This document shows, piece by piece, positions 1 through 8,933 of a stretch of DNA of 44,524 bases (positions are counted from its first letter, which is position 1; each line of letters opens with the position of its first letter). Position numbers and translations under genes: made by a program. The stretch is from positions 1 through 44,524 of the forward strand of contig JAZSRG010000171.1 in NCBI GenBank assembly GCA_045538365.1, written 5' to 3'. Source of the stretch: Clostridia bacterium. GTDB lineage: Bacteria > Bacillota > Clostridia > Christensenellales > RUG350. A model generated the notes under the pieces. The model ran no database searches, was not told the DNA's origin, and saw only the letters and a list, made by a program, of their open reading frames with translations.

Positions 1-132
1 GGTTAAATGAGGGTTCGGTAACCGATTAAATGAAGCGATAAAGCCCGAAACTTTCAGAAACAACAACGAATAAAGACGACCGGGCGATTTCCCGGAACAT
101 TAAACAAAATTTATTATGGATTCAGTATTTGA
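1..132. repeat. Left copy of exact 132-bp direct repeat (right copy 44262..44393); implies a 44261-bp unit
   Basis: Identical string ggttaaatgagggttcgg...ggattcagtatttga at both sites. Copies diverge at 133 vs 44394. The left edge is the window edge, so the repeat may be longer. Confidence 0.95.
80..95 (+). promoter_or_regulatory. Early-leader hairpin copy 1 (CCGGG-CGATTT-CCCGG), 20 nt upstream of ATG 116
   Basis: 5-bp GC stem with 6-nt loop, flanked by CGAC and AAC. Member of an 8-copy family. Confidence 0.7.
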
Positions 133-310
133 ATTTAAGACCGCGAAACAAGCAATTAAGTTTCAAAAGGAAATGCACAAGCGTTTTATTTTGGTTGAAT
201 TTGTTGGGGATTGTAGCGTAAGAATTTATAATTACGAAAACATCAAAGCGGAACACAAAGCAACCGTAATGAATACCGCAAAATCTGTTTATAATAAGAT
301 AATGAATTAA
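116..310 (+). CDS. Hypothetical early protein (64 aa)
   Basis: ATG ORF with an A-rich leader and hairpin 80..95 upstream. Its promoter lies across the unit junction at 44130..44160. Confidence 0.7.
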   Translation: MDSVFEFKTAKQAIKFQKEMHKRFILVEFVGDCSVRIYNYENIKAEHKATVMNTAKSVYNKIMN

Positions 311-315
311 ACTAT

Positions 316-495
316 ATGTTTATAGACGAAAACGGCGCAATACGCCACGCCATGCGGGAAAGGGATTTGGACGCGCTATATAAGCAATTGGACGAATTTA
401 TTGCAGATTGCACGGTTGCGGAATATGAGAGTAACAAAGACCATTTCATTGCGATAAAGACGCTAATACATCAAAGAAAGTGTTTCATAAAATAA
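316..495 (+). CDS. Hypothetical small protein (59 aa, below the ORF-track cutoff)
   Basis: ATG 316, TAA 493-495, read by hand (MFIDENGAIRHAMRERDLDALYKQLDEF...). It fills the gap between flanking genes. Confidence 0.45.
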   Translation: MFIDENGAIRHAMRERDLDALYKQLDEFIADCTVAEYESNKDHFIAIKTLIHQRKCFIK

Positions 496-538
496 GTTTA
501 ACAGCCGGGGGCGACCACGGCACAAAGAGAGCGAAAAA

Positions 539-1984
539 ATGATTATCAAAAATTTGCAGTTGGTTAATTTCCAAGTTATCAAGGAATTTAACGCGGATTT
601 CGACGGTAACGTTTATTTCATTACCGGAGATAACGAATTAGGTAAATCCACATTGTTAAAGGCAATCGGCGCATTGCTGACCGGAAACCGCGACGCGGTA
701 TTGAGAAACGGCGAGGACAAAGGATTTGCAAAAATGGTGGTCGGCGACGACGGCGAGGAATACGAAGTTGAATTGCGATTTACCAAAGCGAACCCACGCG
801 GCACGCTGTCAATCAAACAGAAAACAACCGGGATGCGTTCGGATAACGTTTCAATGCTTCAAAAGATATTCGGTTATACCGATTTCGACGCGGTGGAATT
901 TTCCCGTTGGAGCGAAACCGCCGAGGGACGACGCAAGCAAATTGAAGTTGTCAAAGCGTTATTGCCGGAAAAGGTGCGCGAACGTATCGCCGCCATTGAT
1001 TCCGAGGTTGTCAAAGTCAAGGAAACCCGCAAGGATGCAAACGCCGAGGTTCGCACATATTCGACGATTTGCGCCAACGCTGAAAGGCAATTGAAGCCGG
1101 GAGACGTTAAGACATACGCGGAAAAGAAAGATATAACCGCGCTTATGGACGAACAGAACCAAAACGCCCAATTGATTGAAAAGGCAAAGACCGTTCGCGC
1201 GGCTCTCAAACAGAGAACCGAACAATTAGCCGAAATCCCGGAGCGTCTTGTATCGTTGGAATCGGACTACCAAAAAGAACTTCATGCGATTGCGGAAAGA
1301 CGCAACGAAGCCGACCGCGCATATAAAGAAGTTATGAAAAAAGCAGAAGCAGAAAGGCGGAGAATTTTAGATGAATGTAGGAAAGCGGACGAAGATAATG
1401 CCGCAAATTACAAATTGCGTCTTGCCGCTATTGAGAGCGAAAAGGCGGATTATGAAGCCCGCAAAGCCAATGCGGAAAGTTGGTTGGAGCGTTACGAAGC
1501 GAACAACCCCGAAAATCTTGATACAGCCGAACAATTACGCAAGGCGGAGGAACACAACCGTATTAACGCGTTGGTTGTAGATTATCTGACAAAGAAAGCC
1601 CAAAAGGAAGCGGCGGAAAAGAAAGCCCGCGAATACGAAACCATGTTGTCAGATTTGGCGAAAGAGCGCGAAACGCTTATATCGTCCGCCGAACTTCCAA
1701 TTGCCGGGTTGTCGTTTACTGACGACGGTTTAGAGTTAAACGGCGTTCCATTCGTGGCGGGTCGTGTATCAGATTCGCAGATTATGGAAGTTGCGGCAAA
1801 ACTTATCATTGCAAGCAATCCGACCGTTAAAGTATTCCGCATTGCAAGGGGCGAAAGTTTGGGCGAAAAGAGGTTGCAAGCAATCATTGACATTGCCCGC
1901 GCAAACGGTTTTCAAGGCTTCATTGAGGAAGTGAAACGCGGTCAAGACGATTTGATTATTGAGGAATACACAGAAGCCGAATAA
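539..1984 (+). CDS. SMC/SbcC/Rad50-like AAA ATPase (recombination/repair)
   Basis: N-terminal Walker A (GDNELGKST), long central E/K/A-rich coiled coil, globular C-terminal half. Confidence 0.75.
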   Translation: MIIKNLQLVNFQVIKEFNADFDGNVYFITGDNELGKSTLLKAIGALLTGNRDAVLRNGEDKGFAKMVVGDDGEEYEVELRFTKANPRGTLSIKQKTTGMRSDNVSMLQKIFGYTDFDAVEFSRWSETAEGRRKQIEVVKALLPEKVRERIAAIDSEVVKVKETRKDANAEVRTYSTICANAERQLKPGDVKTYAEKKDITALMDEQNQNAQLIEKAKTVRAALKQRTEQLAEIPERLVSLESDYQKELHAIAERRNEADRAYKEVMKKAEAERRRILDECRKADEDNAANYKLRLAAIESEKADYEARKANAESWLERYEANNPENLDTAEQLRKAEEHNRINALVVDYLTKKAQKEAAEKKAREYETMLSDLAKERETLISSAELPIAGLSFTDDGLELNGVPFVAGRVSDSQIMEVAAKLIIASNPTVKVFRIARGESLGEKRLQAIIDIARANGFQGFIEEVKRGQDDLIIEEYTEAE

Positions 1985-1992
1985 ATCAGAAT

Positions 1993-2016
1993 CCGGGGGC
2001 GGAATACCCCCGGTTT
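1993..2016 (+). terminator. Weak intrinsic terminator or attenuator hairpin
   Basis: CCGGGGG-cggaata-CCCCCGG followed by TTTaatccTTT, directly after the stop at 1984. Confidence 0.4.
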
Positions 2017-2029
2017 AATCCTTTCAAAT

Positions 2030-2488
2030 ATGAAAAAGAGAGTTGCAAAGAAAAAGACTAAATCGCAGAAAAAAGCGATTGCCGCCGGGCTTACTCCCAA
2101 CATGCAGCCGGAAAGAGTTGTAAAGCCAAAGACGGTTGCAGACCTTACCATTGCGGACGTTTTGCAGATGCGCGAATATTACGACGCAATGAAAGAATAT
2201 ATTGCTGAATTGGACAATTTACGCAAGGATGCGGAAATTACCGTAAGGAATCGTAATATGACATTATGCCGATGCGAAATTGACCGCTTACGCGAAAAAG
2301 GCGTTTGGAATGCAGGCGACATGACGGTTGCGTATGCAAAGGCAATGGAAAAGACGTTAACCGGGTTTTCAAGTGCCGAAAGGGCGTTTATTAAGGACGT
2401 GGGAACGGACGTATTTAACAAAGTAATGGCAAAGTTAATCAAGGATGAAAAGGCGCGAAATAACAGCAACGGGGACGATAAACAATAA
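2030..2488 (+). CDS. Hypothetical protein (152 aa), basic N-terminus
   Basis: ATG ORF in the tightly packed same-strand array. Confidence 0.65.
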   Translation: MKKRVAKKKTKSQKKAIAAGLTPNMQPERVVKPKTVADLTIADVLQMREYYDAMKEYIAELDNLRKDAEITVRNRNMTLCRCEIDRLREKGVWNAGDMTVAYAKAMEKTLTGFSSAERAFIKDVGTDVFNKVMAKLIKDEKARNNSNGDDKQ

Positions 2489-2501
2489 CGGCGGGTTGGC
2501 A

Positions 2502-2876
2502 ATGTATATGGGCGAACTCAACGCGTTTTTCAAGGAGTGGAAAGGAGCGCGCATTGTAGCCCGATTTTCGGTTGCGTCGCCCGGTTCGTCGGAAGCATTG
2601 AAAGGATATTATTTCAATTACGTTGTACCCACTTTCAAGCAAGCCATTTGGGATTCCGGGGAACGGAAAACCGAGGAACAAACCGAACGTTTTTTGCGGG
2701 AACTTTCCCCGGTTATGTATGAGCAAACCCCGGACGTTGAAACCGGACAATATGAAACCCGTTTGCGCGAAATCCGCGAATTGAGCAACGCCGAGTTGAT
2801 AGAACATATTGACACGTTGAAACAGATTGCGGCGGAAAATTACAGCGTATTTATTGACGACCCAAGAACGATTTGA
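2502..2876 (+). CDS. Hypothetical protein (124 aa from ATG 2502)
   Basis: The track ORF starts at 2445 but overlaps the upstream gene by 44 nt. ATG 2502 follows the upstream stop (2486-2488). Confidence 0.6.
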   Translation: MYMGELNAFFKEWKGARIVARFSVASPGSSEALKGYYFNYVVPTFKQAIWDSGERKTEEQTERFLRELSPVMYEQTPDVETGQYETRLREIRELSNAELIEHIDTLKQIAAENYSVFIDDPRTI

Positions 2877-3027
2877 TTATGACGGTACGCCGATAATTAG
2901 ATATTACGGCACTTTATGCACTCAATCCGGAAAGCCCCGGAAAATGTATTATAATCAAGGTTATTTATTACAAACAAACATTCGTAAGGTAAACGGAAAA
3001 CCATACGTTTACGCTGGAAAAAAATAA
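2827..3027 (+). CDS. Questionable small ORF (TTG start; first ATG only at 2944)
   Basis: Ends 1 nt before the next ATG (3029), which suggests coupling. The start is uncertain and overlaps the upstream gene. Confidence 0.3.
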   Translation: MRRKITAYLLTTQERFDYDGTPIIRYYGTLCTQSGKPRKMYYNQGYLLQTNIRKVNGKPYVYAGKK

Positions 3028-3028
3028 C

Positions 3029-3214
3029 ATGTTTTGCAAGTGTAACATAAGCCCGAAAGAATATCCGTTGAAATCGTGGCGAATAATTGCATACAGATAC
3101 ACCCCGCACGGATATAGCCGGGTTATGTGTTTGAAATGCGGTTGCGTATGGATTTCAAGGGCGGCAAAATACGTAAGCAAAACAGAGGATGCACAATTAA
3201 GGTTATACAAGTAA
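3029..3214 (+). CDS. Small Cys-rich (zinc-ribbon-like) protein, 61 aa
   Basis: CKC ... CLKCGC cysteine pairs. Tight spacing to both neighbours. Confidence 0.55.
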   Translation: MFCKCNISPKEYPLKSWRIIAYRYTPHGYSRVMCLKCGCVWISRAAKYVSKTEDAQLRLYK

Positions 3215-3215
3215 T

Positions 3216-4082
3216 ATGGCAAATTTTAACTTAAACGATGTTTTGTGTTTCGATTGCGAAACAACGGGCATACCCGAAAAGGGCATGAAATGGGATGAAG
3301 ATTTTTTAAGATTCCCGCGCCCGGTAACAATGGCATGGGCTTTCGGAGATACCGAACGACATGAGATTATACGCCCGCAAGGGTGGGACATTCCAACGGA
3401 AACCGTCGCAATTCATGGCGTGACAACAGAGCAAGCCGACAAAGAGGGAAAACCATTTGTTGAAGTTGTTACGGAATTTCTGAACGATGCGGAAAAATAC
3501 CCGTTGATTTGCGCACATAACGTTTATTTCGACACCTCAATAATCAAGGCGGCAATAATGGCACTTTGCCCGGAATTAGCCGACAAAGCCGACAGCGCAT
3601 TATTTAAGGGAAAGCGCATTGATACAATGCGAAAGACCATTAAATTTGTCGGCGCAAGAAAAGAGAATGGCAGCGGCAAATTTCCGACATTAGAAGAATT
3701 GTTTGCAAAGTTGTTCGACGGTGCAACATTCCCGGCGCATAACGCATTGGAAGATGTACGCGCATTGCGTAAGTGTTTGCCGCCATTGGTCGAAATGGGT
3801 ATTGTTGAGTTGGTGCAAAAAGAATATCCGGCGGAAAGTTTAGAACAGAAACCGGAAATTTTAGACCGGAAAACCCCAATTATGGAACGCAAAACGGAAA
3901 TTTTAGAACGCAACCCGGAAAGTTCCGAACGTTGCATTGAGTTTGACGACCCTAACCCGGTAACGCAACCCATTGGGGAAACTGCCAAACCTTTTCGTTT
4001 TAGGCTTAATTTTCCGGAGCAACAGCCGGAAACGCCAACCACTAACGTAACGAATGAATTGTTGAACGAAAACGATTTTTAA
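3216..4082 (+). CDS. DEDDh (DnaQ/epsilon-like) 3'-5' exonuclease with repeat-containing C-terminal extension
   Basis: Exo I CFDCETTG, Exo II AHNVYFDTSI, Exo III HNALEDVRAL. The C-terminus carries E(I)L(D/E)R(K/N) peptide repeats. Confidence 0.85.
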   Translation: MANFNLNDVLCFDCETTGIPEKGMKWDEDFLRFPRPVTMAWAFGDTERHEIIRPQGWDIPTETVAIHGVTTEQADKEGKPFVEVVTEFLNDAEKYPLICAHNVYFDTSIIKAAIMALCPELADKADSALFKGKRIDTMRKTIKFVGARKENGSGKFPTLEELFAKLFDGATFPAHNALEDVRALRKCLPPLVEMGIVELVQKEYPAESLEQKPEILDRKTPIMERKTEILERNPESSERCIEFDDPNPVTQPIGETAKPFRFRLNFPEQQPETPTTNVTNELLNENDF

Positions 4083-4085
4083 TTT

Positions 4086-4235
4086 ATGGGGGGGGCAAAA
4101 TATTGTATTGATTGTTTCGCATTTTGCGAATGTTCAATTGTTGGAGTTTGCGCGGACGACATACCATGCGAACATTTCCACGAAATAGACGATAACAGCC
4201 CGGAACAGCCGGGAAATACTAACGATAAACAATAA
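4086..4235 (+). CDS. Small Cys-rich ORF (49 aa) starting ATG-G8
   Basis: Hand translation MGGAKYCIDCFAFCECSIVGVCADDIPCEHFHEIDDNSPEQPGNTNDKQ, with TAA at 4233-4235. Confidence 0.4.
   Translation: MGGAKYCIDCFAFCECSIVGVCADDIPCEHFHEIDDNSPEQPGNTNDKQ
4088..4095 (+). repeat. Poly-G tract G8
   Basis: atGGGGGGGGca, immediately after the start codon of ORF 4086..4235. Confidence 0.95.
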
Positions 4236-4241
4236 AACATT

Positions 4242-4880
4242 ATGGAAGAAAACAAACCAAACGCAATGAGCGTTCCAAGCAAAAAGGCTTTTTCATTGGC
4301 AAAAGTAAAGTTGCTAAAAGACGGTGGATTATCGGCACAATATGAAGTTGTCGAAACAATCGGAACGGAAAGTTACACTAACGATTTTGAGATTGAAAGC
4401 CCGAAAGACATACACCCGGATTTGCGCGAATGTTTTGAGAGGTTGCGCCCGATAATGGCGCGTATCTTCAACGTTACTTCGTTTCTTTCATTGGTGGAGG
4501 GCAAAGACTTTGGCGCGTCAAAATCGCAGACAGAAGCCGCCCGCAATTTCGCCGATGAAATATTGAAAAACATAGAAATTCGCGGTATATCGTATTCGGG
4601 AATGGGCGACAACGTGGGCGTTGTAATTACCGGATTGTTGACCGTGGCAAACAATCAGAAAGTCGCAATCAATTCGCCGCGTATCAAATTCACTTCCATA
4701 ACGTTTGGATTTGAAGAGGAATTGGAAGAAATCGCCGCCGACATTGAAAACGAGGTTTACGCGTTTTTGTTTGAGGGCAAAAAGGCACAAACCGAACTTT
4801 TCGGGGCTGATGGCGAACCCGCACAAACTGACGATGACGATATGCCGGGCGGCATGTTCGACGATACGGATAACATGTAA
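4242..4880 (+). CDS. Hypothetical protein (212 aa) with strongly acidic C-terminal tail
   Basis: ATG ORF. C-terminus reads ...QTDDDDMPGGMFDDTDNM. TAATG overlap with the next gene. Confidence 0.7.
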   Translation: MEENKPNAMSVPSKKAFSLAKVKLLKDGGLSAQYEVVETIGTESYTNDFEIESPKDIHPDLRECFERLRPIMARIFNVTSFLSLVEGKDFGASKSQTEAARNFADEILKNIEIRGISYSGMGDNVGVVITGLLTVANNQKVAINSPRIKFTSITFGFEEELEEIAADIENEVYAFLFEGKKAQTELFGADGEPAQTDDDDMPGGMFDDTDNM

Positions 4881-5335
4881 TGGACGAACGGCACGTTATT
4901 ACGGAGCGTTGGGAATATGACTATTGCGTTAGTCGTGGTATTGAACCATTGATTGACGAAAGGCATATTAAAATGGAAATCGGGTTGCGTGTTAAGATTC
5001 AACGCGAATTGTTCGGACGCGGCGAAATCGGAAAAGACATTGCGCAAGCGAATGAAAAGTTTTTTCGTTGGGTATGGGAGCATAAACCGCATTATTGCGA
5101 GGAAACAATGAAACCATTGCCGAACTATTCCGCCGCCTTTTGTTCGCACATCTTAACACGTGGCGCGTTTCCCGAAATGGCAACAGACCCGCGAAACATA
5201 AATATCTTATCGTTGGAACAGCATAACAAATGGGAGAATGGAAACCGTAAGGAAATGCGAATTTACCCCGGAAACATGAAAACAATTGAAATGCTGAAAC
5301 GCGAATACAACGAATTACGACAACATGAGAACTAA
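4880..5335 (+). CDS. Hypothetical protein; weak HNH / beta-beta-alpha-Me nuclease-like features
   Basis: CEET..CSHILTRG...NINILSLEQHNKWENG resembles an H-N-H spacing. No search was possible. Confidence 0.6.
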   Translation: MDERHVITERWEYDYCVSRGIEPLIDERHIKMEIGLRVKIQRELFGRGEIGKDIAQANEKFFRWVWEHKPHYCEETMKPLPNYSAAFCSHILTRGAFPEMATDPRNINILSLEQHNKWENGNRKEMRIYPGNMKTIEMLKREYNELRQHEN

Positions 5336-5669
5336 ACAGAAGCCGAAAAGCGATTTTTTGACCGATTCCCGGCGTTCAATTCAACGGGACTTCCAAAGAT
5401 ACCGCCGAAAGGAGAAAGCTCCGGAAATCGAAGATTTGCCAAAAATAAATGCGGAACGTCGCATTGTCTTTGTCGGGGAGAAATCCGAATATTTCCGCTT
5501 TCGGTCGTATATCGTTGGCAAAAAGGTTCGGTTAATCCGTGAATCTGTTATGGGCGGGGGTTGGGTTTGCGAGTTTATCCACGACGACGACCGCAAGGCA
5601 TTGAACCGGGCGGGTGGTTGGTCTGACAATAAGAAACAATATTTGTTTGATTGTATAAAGTTTAAGTAA
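5325..5669 (+). CDS. Hypothetical protein (114 aa)
   Basis: ATG ORF with an 11-nt overlap upstream and TAATG coupling downstream. Confidence 0.6.
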   Translation: MRTKQKPKSDFLTDSRRSIQRDFQRYRRKEKAPEIEDLPKINAERRIVFVGEKSEYFRFRSYIVGKKVRLIRESVMGGGWVCEFIHDDDRKALNRAGGWSDNKKQYLFDCIKFK

Positions 5670-5863
5670 TGAACGACAGAATTAAAAACGTTTTGGCGGC
5701 TAAACACATTGAGCCGACCGACGAAAGGGCGTTGGATATTGTCTATAAGACAGCCCGCAAAGACGCATTGCGTGAATGTTTGGGATTGCTGAAAACAGCG
5801 TTGAAAACAAAAACAATCCCGGAAATCATGAGAATCATTGAAAAGAAAATCAAAGAAGTATGA
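5669..5863 (+). CDS. Hypothetical protein (64 aa)
   Basis: ATG ORF translationally coupled to its neighbours. Confidence 0.6.
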   Translation: MNDRIKNVLAAKHIEPTDERALDIVYKTARKDALRECLGLLKTALKTKTIPEIMRIIEKKIKEV

Positions 5864-5979
5864 AAATTAAAGCAAAGACCGGATATAAAATTGTCTTTTG
5901 GCTGTTTGTCCTTTTGACGATTGCCGCGTATGTTTGGGGCATTATATCCGTTATTCGTTGGATAATCCATTTATTCTAA
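5860..5979 (+). CDS. Small single-pass membrane protein (39 aa)
   Basis: ATGA overlap with the upstream stop. MKIKAKTGYKIVFWLFVLLTIAAYVWGIISVIRWIIHLF, read by hand. Confidence 0.45.
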   Translation: MKIKAKTGYKIVFWLFVLLTIAAYVWGIISVIRWIIHLF

Positions 5980-5984
5980 ACATC

Positions 5985-6365
5985 ATGAATATTGTTATTT
6001 TACGCGGTAATGTGGGAAGCGACCCACGCATTACAACATTTGAGAACGGCGGAAAGGTTGCACAATTCACATTTGCGACAACCGAACGCGGATTTACAGC
6101 GCAAGACGGGCGAGAAATCCCGGATAAAACAACATGGCATAACATAGTTGTAAAACGTACCGGGTTATCGGGAGTTTGCGAACAATTCGTAAAAAAGGGA
6201 ACGCCGCTATTGCTGAAAGGAAAGATTGAAACGCGAGAATGGCAAGACCAAGCCGGACAATCGCGTTTCATAACCGAAATTATCGTTGACGAAATGGAAT
6301 TGTTGGGCGGTAAAAAGCGCGAGGACGCACCCGCACCCGTTCCGGGTGTTGACGATTTACCATAA
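5985..6365 (+). CDS. ssb: Single-stranded DNA-binding protein (OB fold)
   Basis: MNIVILRGNVGSDP...TTWHNIVV...GKIETREWQDQAGQSRFITEIIVDEMELLG plus an acidic DDLP tip. The track start (5898) is an upstream extension. Confidence 0.9.
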   Translation: MNIVILRGNVGSDPRITTFENGGKVAQFTFATTERGFTAQDGREIPDKTTWHNIVVKRTGLSGVCEQFVKKGTPLLLKGKIETREWQDQAGQSRFITEIIVDEMELLGGKKREDAPAPVPGVDDLP

Positions 6366-6377
6366 TAACCGATTGGG

Positions 6378-6394
6378 ACGGGTTCGCCCGTTTT
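6378..6394 (+). terminator. Short intrinsic terminator with TTCG tetraloop
   Basis: ACGGG-TTCG-CCCGT followed by TTTTGTG, 13 nt after the ssb stop. Confidence 0.45.
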
Positions 6395-6451
6395 GTGTAT
6401 ATTCAAAACGCAACAATCTTGAATCCGTCCCAATTTTAAAAATCAATTATC

Positions 6452-6967
6452 ATGCAGTTTGACAAAAGAAAATACGACCCGGCGTATCATGATAAATTCC
6501 GAGCGTTGACCGTGAAACAGCCATACGCCAATGATTTAGTAACGGCGGCATATAAGGACGACAACGGCAATGTAATTGGGGTTAAATCTATCGAAGTACG
6601 CAGTAAGAATACGCAGTATCGCGGCAACTTACTAATTTGTTCGTCAAAAAGCCCGGTTTTGCCGGGAATGGAAAGCGGCGTAACGTTGGGATTCGTTGAA
6701 TTGTACGACGTAAAACCGATTTCAGAGTTTACCCCGGAAGATTGGGAAAATACCCGTATTCCGGTGGAGAAACGCAAGGAAATAACAATGGGTTACGGTT
6801 GGTTAATGAGAAACCCGCGCCGCGTGTTAGAATACCCGGTTAAGGGGCAATTAGGTATTTACAATTTGGTTTATACCAAAGGCGAAATTATCCAATATCC
6901 GCAAACCGTTGTAATGGATAAAGAGGGTTGGAAACATGTTAAAAACTCAATCAATCATGGAAAATAA
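6452..6967 (+). CDS. ASCH/PUA-like domain protein (putative)
   Basis: LTVKQPYANDLV...IEVRSKNTQYRGNLLICSSK resembles the ASCH N-terminal signature. Confidence 0.5.
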   Translation: MQFDKRKYDPAYHDKFRALTVKQPYANDLVTAAYKDDNGNVIGVKSIEVRSKNTQYRGNLLICSSKSPVLPGMESGVTLGFVELYDVKPISEFTPEDWENTRIPVEKRKEITMGYGWLMRNPRRVLEYPVKGQLGIYNLVYTKGEIIQYPQTVVMDKEGWKHVKNSINHGK

Positions 6968-7268
6968 AACAGAAATGACATTGCCGACGGAAAACGCGGC
7001 AATCATACAGAGAGAAGCCGCCAATTATGGATGCGTCGTTGTCGGATTGGCGGTTGTAGGTAATGGGAACGCCCGAATATCTGTAACCGGAAACCCGGAT
7101 AAGATAGACGAACTTATGCAGTTGGCAAAGCCTAAATTTACCACAAACGGCGAGGTTGTGGATATGTATAACAACGGCTATGCAATCGAAGATATTGCCG
7201 ACGAATTGGCATTGAGCGAAACGGATGTTTTTGAAATGCTACAAAACGCGAATTTAATACCGGAATAA
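6957..7268 (+). CDS. Hypothetical protein (103 aa from ATG 6957)
   Basis: The track ORF starts at 6936. ATG 6957 reduces the overlap with the upstream gene. Confidence 0.6.
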   Translation: MENKTEMTLPTENAAIIQREAANYGCVVVGLAVVGNGNARISVTGNPDKIDELMQLAKPKFTTNGEVVDMYNNGYAIEDIADELALSETDVFEMLQNANLIPE

Positions 7269-7269
7269 T

Positions 7270-7578
7270 ATGAATAATCTAATTAACAAAATCGGCGTTG
7301 ATAAAATATTGCATTTTGGATTGGGCGGCATAATATGCGCCGTTATTTCGTTCATCCTTATATTGCAAGATATGTGTTTTTGCACTTATAGAACAATTAT
7401 ACTATATCCAATTATCGGATATGTCGTTACATTCTTTTTCGCTCTGTTAAAAGAATATATAATTGACGAAACAAAGGATTGGAAAGATATATTTGCAACT
7501 ATGTTGGGTTGTATAATTGTCCATATTGCAATATGTCTTGGGGTATTATTTAATTATTTGTCATCATGTCTAAATTAA
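7270..7578 (+). CDS. Membrane protein, about 3 TM segments (102 aa)
   Basis: Hydrophobic stretches GGIICAVISFILIL, IILYPIIGYVVTFFFALL, MLGCIIVHIAICLGVLF. Confidence 0.65.
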   Translation: MNNLINKIGVDKILHFGLGGIICAVISFILILQDMCFCTYRTIILYPIIGYVVTFFFALLKEYIIDETKDWKDIFATMLGCIIVHIAICLGVLFNYLSSCLN

Positions 7579-8600
7579 CACCATTTGACAGCGAACTAAT
7601 TGTAATGGTTCGCAATCTTACCGGGAAAGAACCGGGCGTTGTGGAAAAAGAAAACGTTTATACGTTAACCGTTGATATGGCGGGGAAATCTGACGACGAA
7701 AAAAAGGCGATTGACGACGCGATTTGCGGGCGTATAACTCCACGGTTAAGACGCGCCGGATATACTCAATACGAAGCGGGAAAGATAGAATACGACATAA
7801 TGTATAATGCCGAATATATGCAATTACCCATTGAGGACCGTATGGAAATGGAGAAACCAGGATTTATCGAAGTTGGCAAACGCTATTGTCGAAAGTTAAA
7901 AGAAGTGTTTGCGATTCAGTTTACACGCGAAAACAACGCCGATGTTGTGGCATTTTGCGGTAACGGTATTGTCGAAATCCCACGCACTCCAAACGCATTG
8001 GGTAAATTTACATTTGCCAACGCAAACGGAGTGTTTCAGCACGCCAACGAAAGCGATGTTATTTGCACCGTTGACGGAAACGTCTTTGAGGTTATGCGAT
8101 ATTCCGATTTCGTCGCAATGTATGAGCCAAAAGACGACAACGCCGTTATTGATTTTCTCAATGAGAAATTCGGAACTGATATTTATATGCGTTGCAAGAA
8201 ATTGAACGAGGAAGTAAACGAATTGTTCCAAGTTGTCAGAAGTTCCGGGGCGCAAGTCTTAACCCAATTAGCCTATAACATTGACTTTATAGACGAATTG
8301 GCAGACGTGGCGGTTGTACTCAATCATATTGCCGGAATCGCTGGGTTTACAAACGCGGAATTGGAAAAAATCGCACTTGACAAAATCAAGGGACGCGAAA
8401 ATAACCCCGATTTTGCACGACGACACCCGCACACAGAAACGCCGGACATCCGAACAAAGATTGCACAAAAGGCGTTTGAAGTTCGCCAACTTCAAAAGGC
8501 TTATTTCAAGAGCAAGGACAAAGCCATTTTGATACGCTCAAAACAAGAGGAATGCGAATTGGATGCAATGTTGATGCAATATATTAACCCACAAAAATAA
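7566..8600 (+). CDS. Protein with C-terminal MazG-like nucleotide pyrophosphohydrolase domain
   Basis: KLNEEVNELFQ ... IDELADVAVVLNHIA matches the MazG EExxE / ExxD helices. The N-terminal half is unknown. Confidence 0.6.
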   Translation: MSKLTPFDSELIVMVRNLTGKEPGVVEKENVYTLTVDMAGKSDDEKKAIDDAICGRITPRLRRAGYTQYEAGKIEYDIMYNAEYMQLPIEDRMEMEKPGFIEVGKRYCRKLKEVFAIQFTRENNADVVAFCGNGIVEIPRTPNALGKFTFANANGVFQHANESDVICTVDGNVFEVMRYSDFVAMYEPKDDNAVIDFLNEKFGTDIYMRCKKLNEEVNELFQVVRSSGAQVLTQLAYNIDFIDELADVAVVLNHIAGIAGFTNAELEKIALDKIKGRENNPDFARRHPHTETPDIRTKIAQKAFEVRQLQKAYFKSKDKAILIRSKQEECELDAMLMQYINPQK

Positions 8601-8606
8601 ATCATT

Positions 8607-8933
8607 ATGAATCAAGATTTTCAAACAGAGTTAACGCAGTTGATTAACAAATACGGCTTAGATGCAGAAGCGAACACGCCGGATTTTATGTTGGCAGAAA
8701 TTGCAGTTGATGCGATAGCGTCCATTTGCGGTTTTGTCAAAGTTCGTGACGAATACAAAGAAAGACAGCAAGCCCCGGAAACGCCGAACATCCCAAAAGA
8801 GGTTTTGAGGGTTGCGGATGCAGTCGCAAAGGCGTTGGGCGGAAATTGCACCGTCGAAATTATCAAAGCCAAACCACAGCGTAAGCGCAAGAATCGCAAG
8901 AAAAAGAATTATGGAAAAGAAACTAACGTATAA
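8607..8933 (+). CDS. Hypothetical protein (108 aa), basic C-terminus
   Basis: ATG ORF. Confidence 0.6.
   Translation: MNQDFQTELTQLINKYGLDAEANTPDFMLAEIAVDAIASICGFVKVRDEYKERQQAPETPNIPKEVLRVADAVAKALGGNCTVEIIKAKPQRKRKNRKKKNYGKETNV

Noticed and set aside
1-132. The 132-bp repeats as attL/attR of an integrated prophage.
   Set aside because: I recognised no integrase, excisionase or recombinase gene anywhere in the unit. The repeat carries a phage leader plus the start of a phage gene rather than a tRNA or host-gene fragment. Integration is kept only as one alternative in the findings.
2445-2501. Upstream ATG 2445 as the start of the 143-aa ORF.
   Set aside because: It would overlap gene 2030..2488 by 44 nt. 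ATG 2502 follows the upstream stop, although the longer form cannot be excluded.
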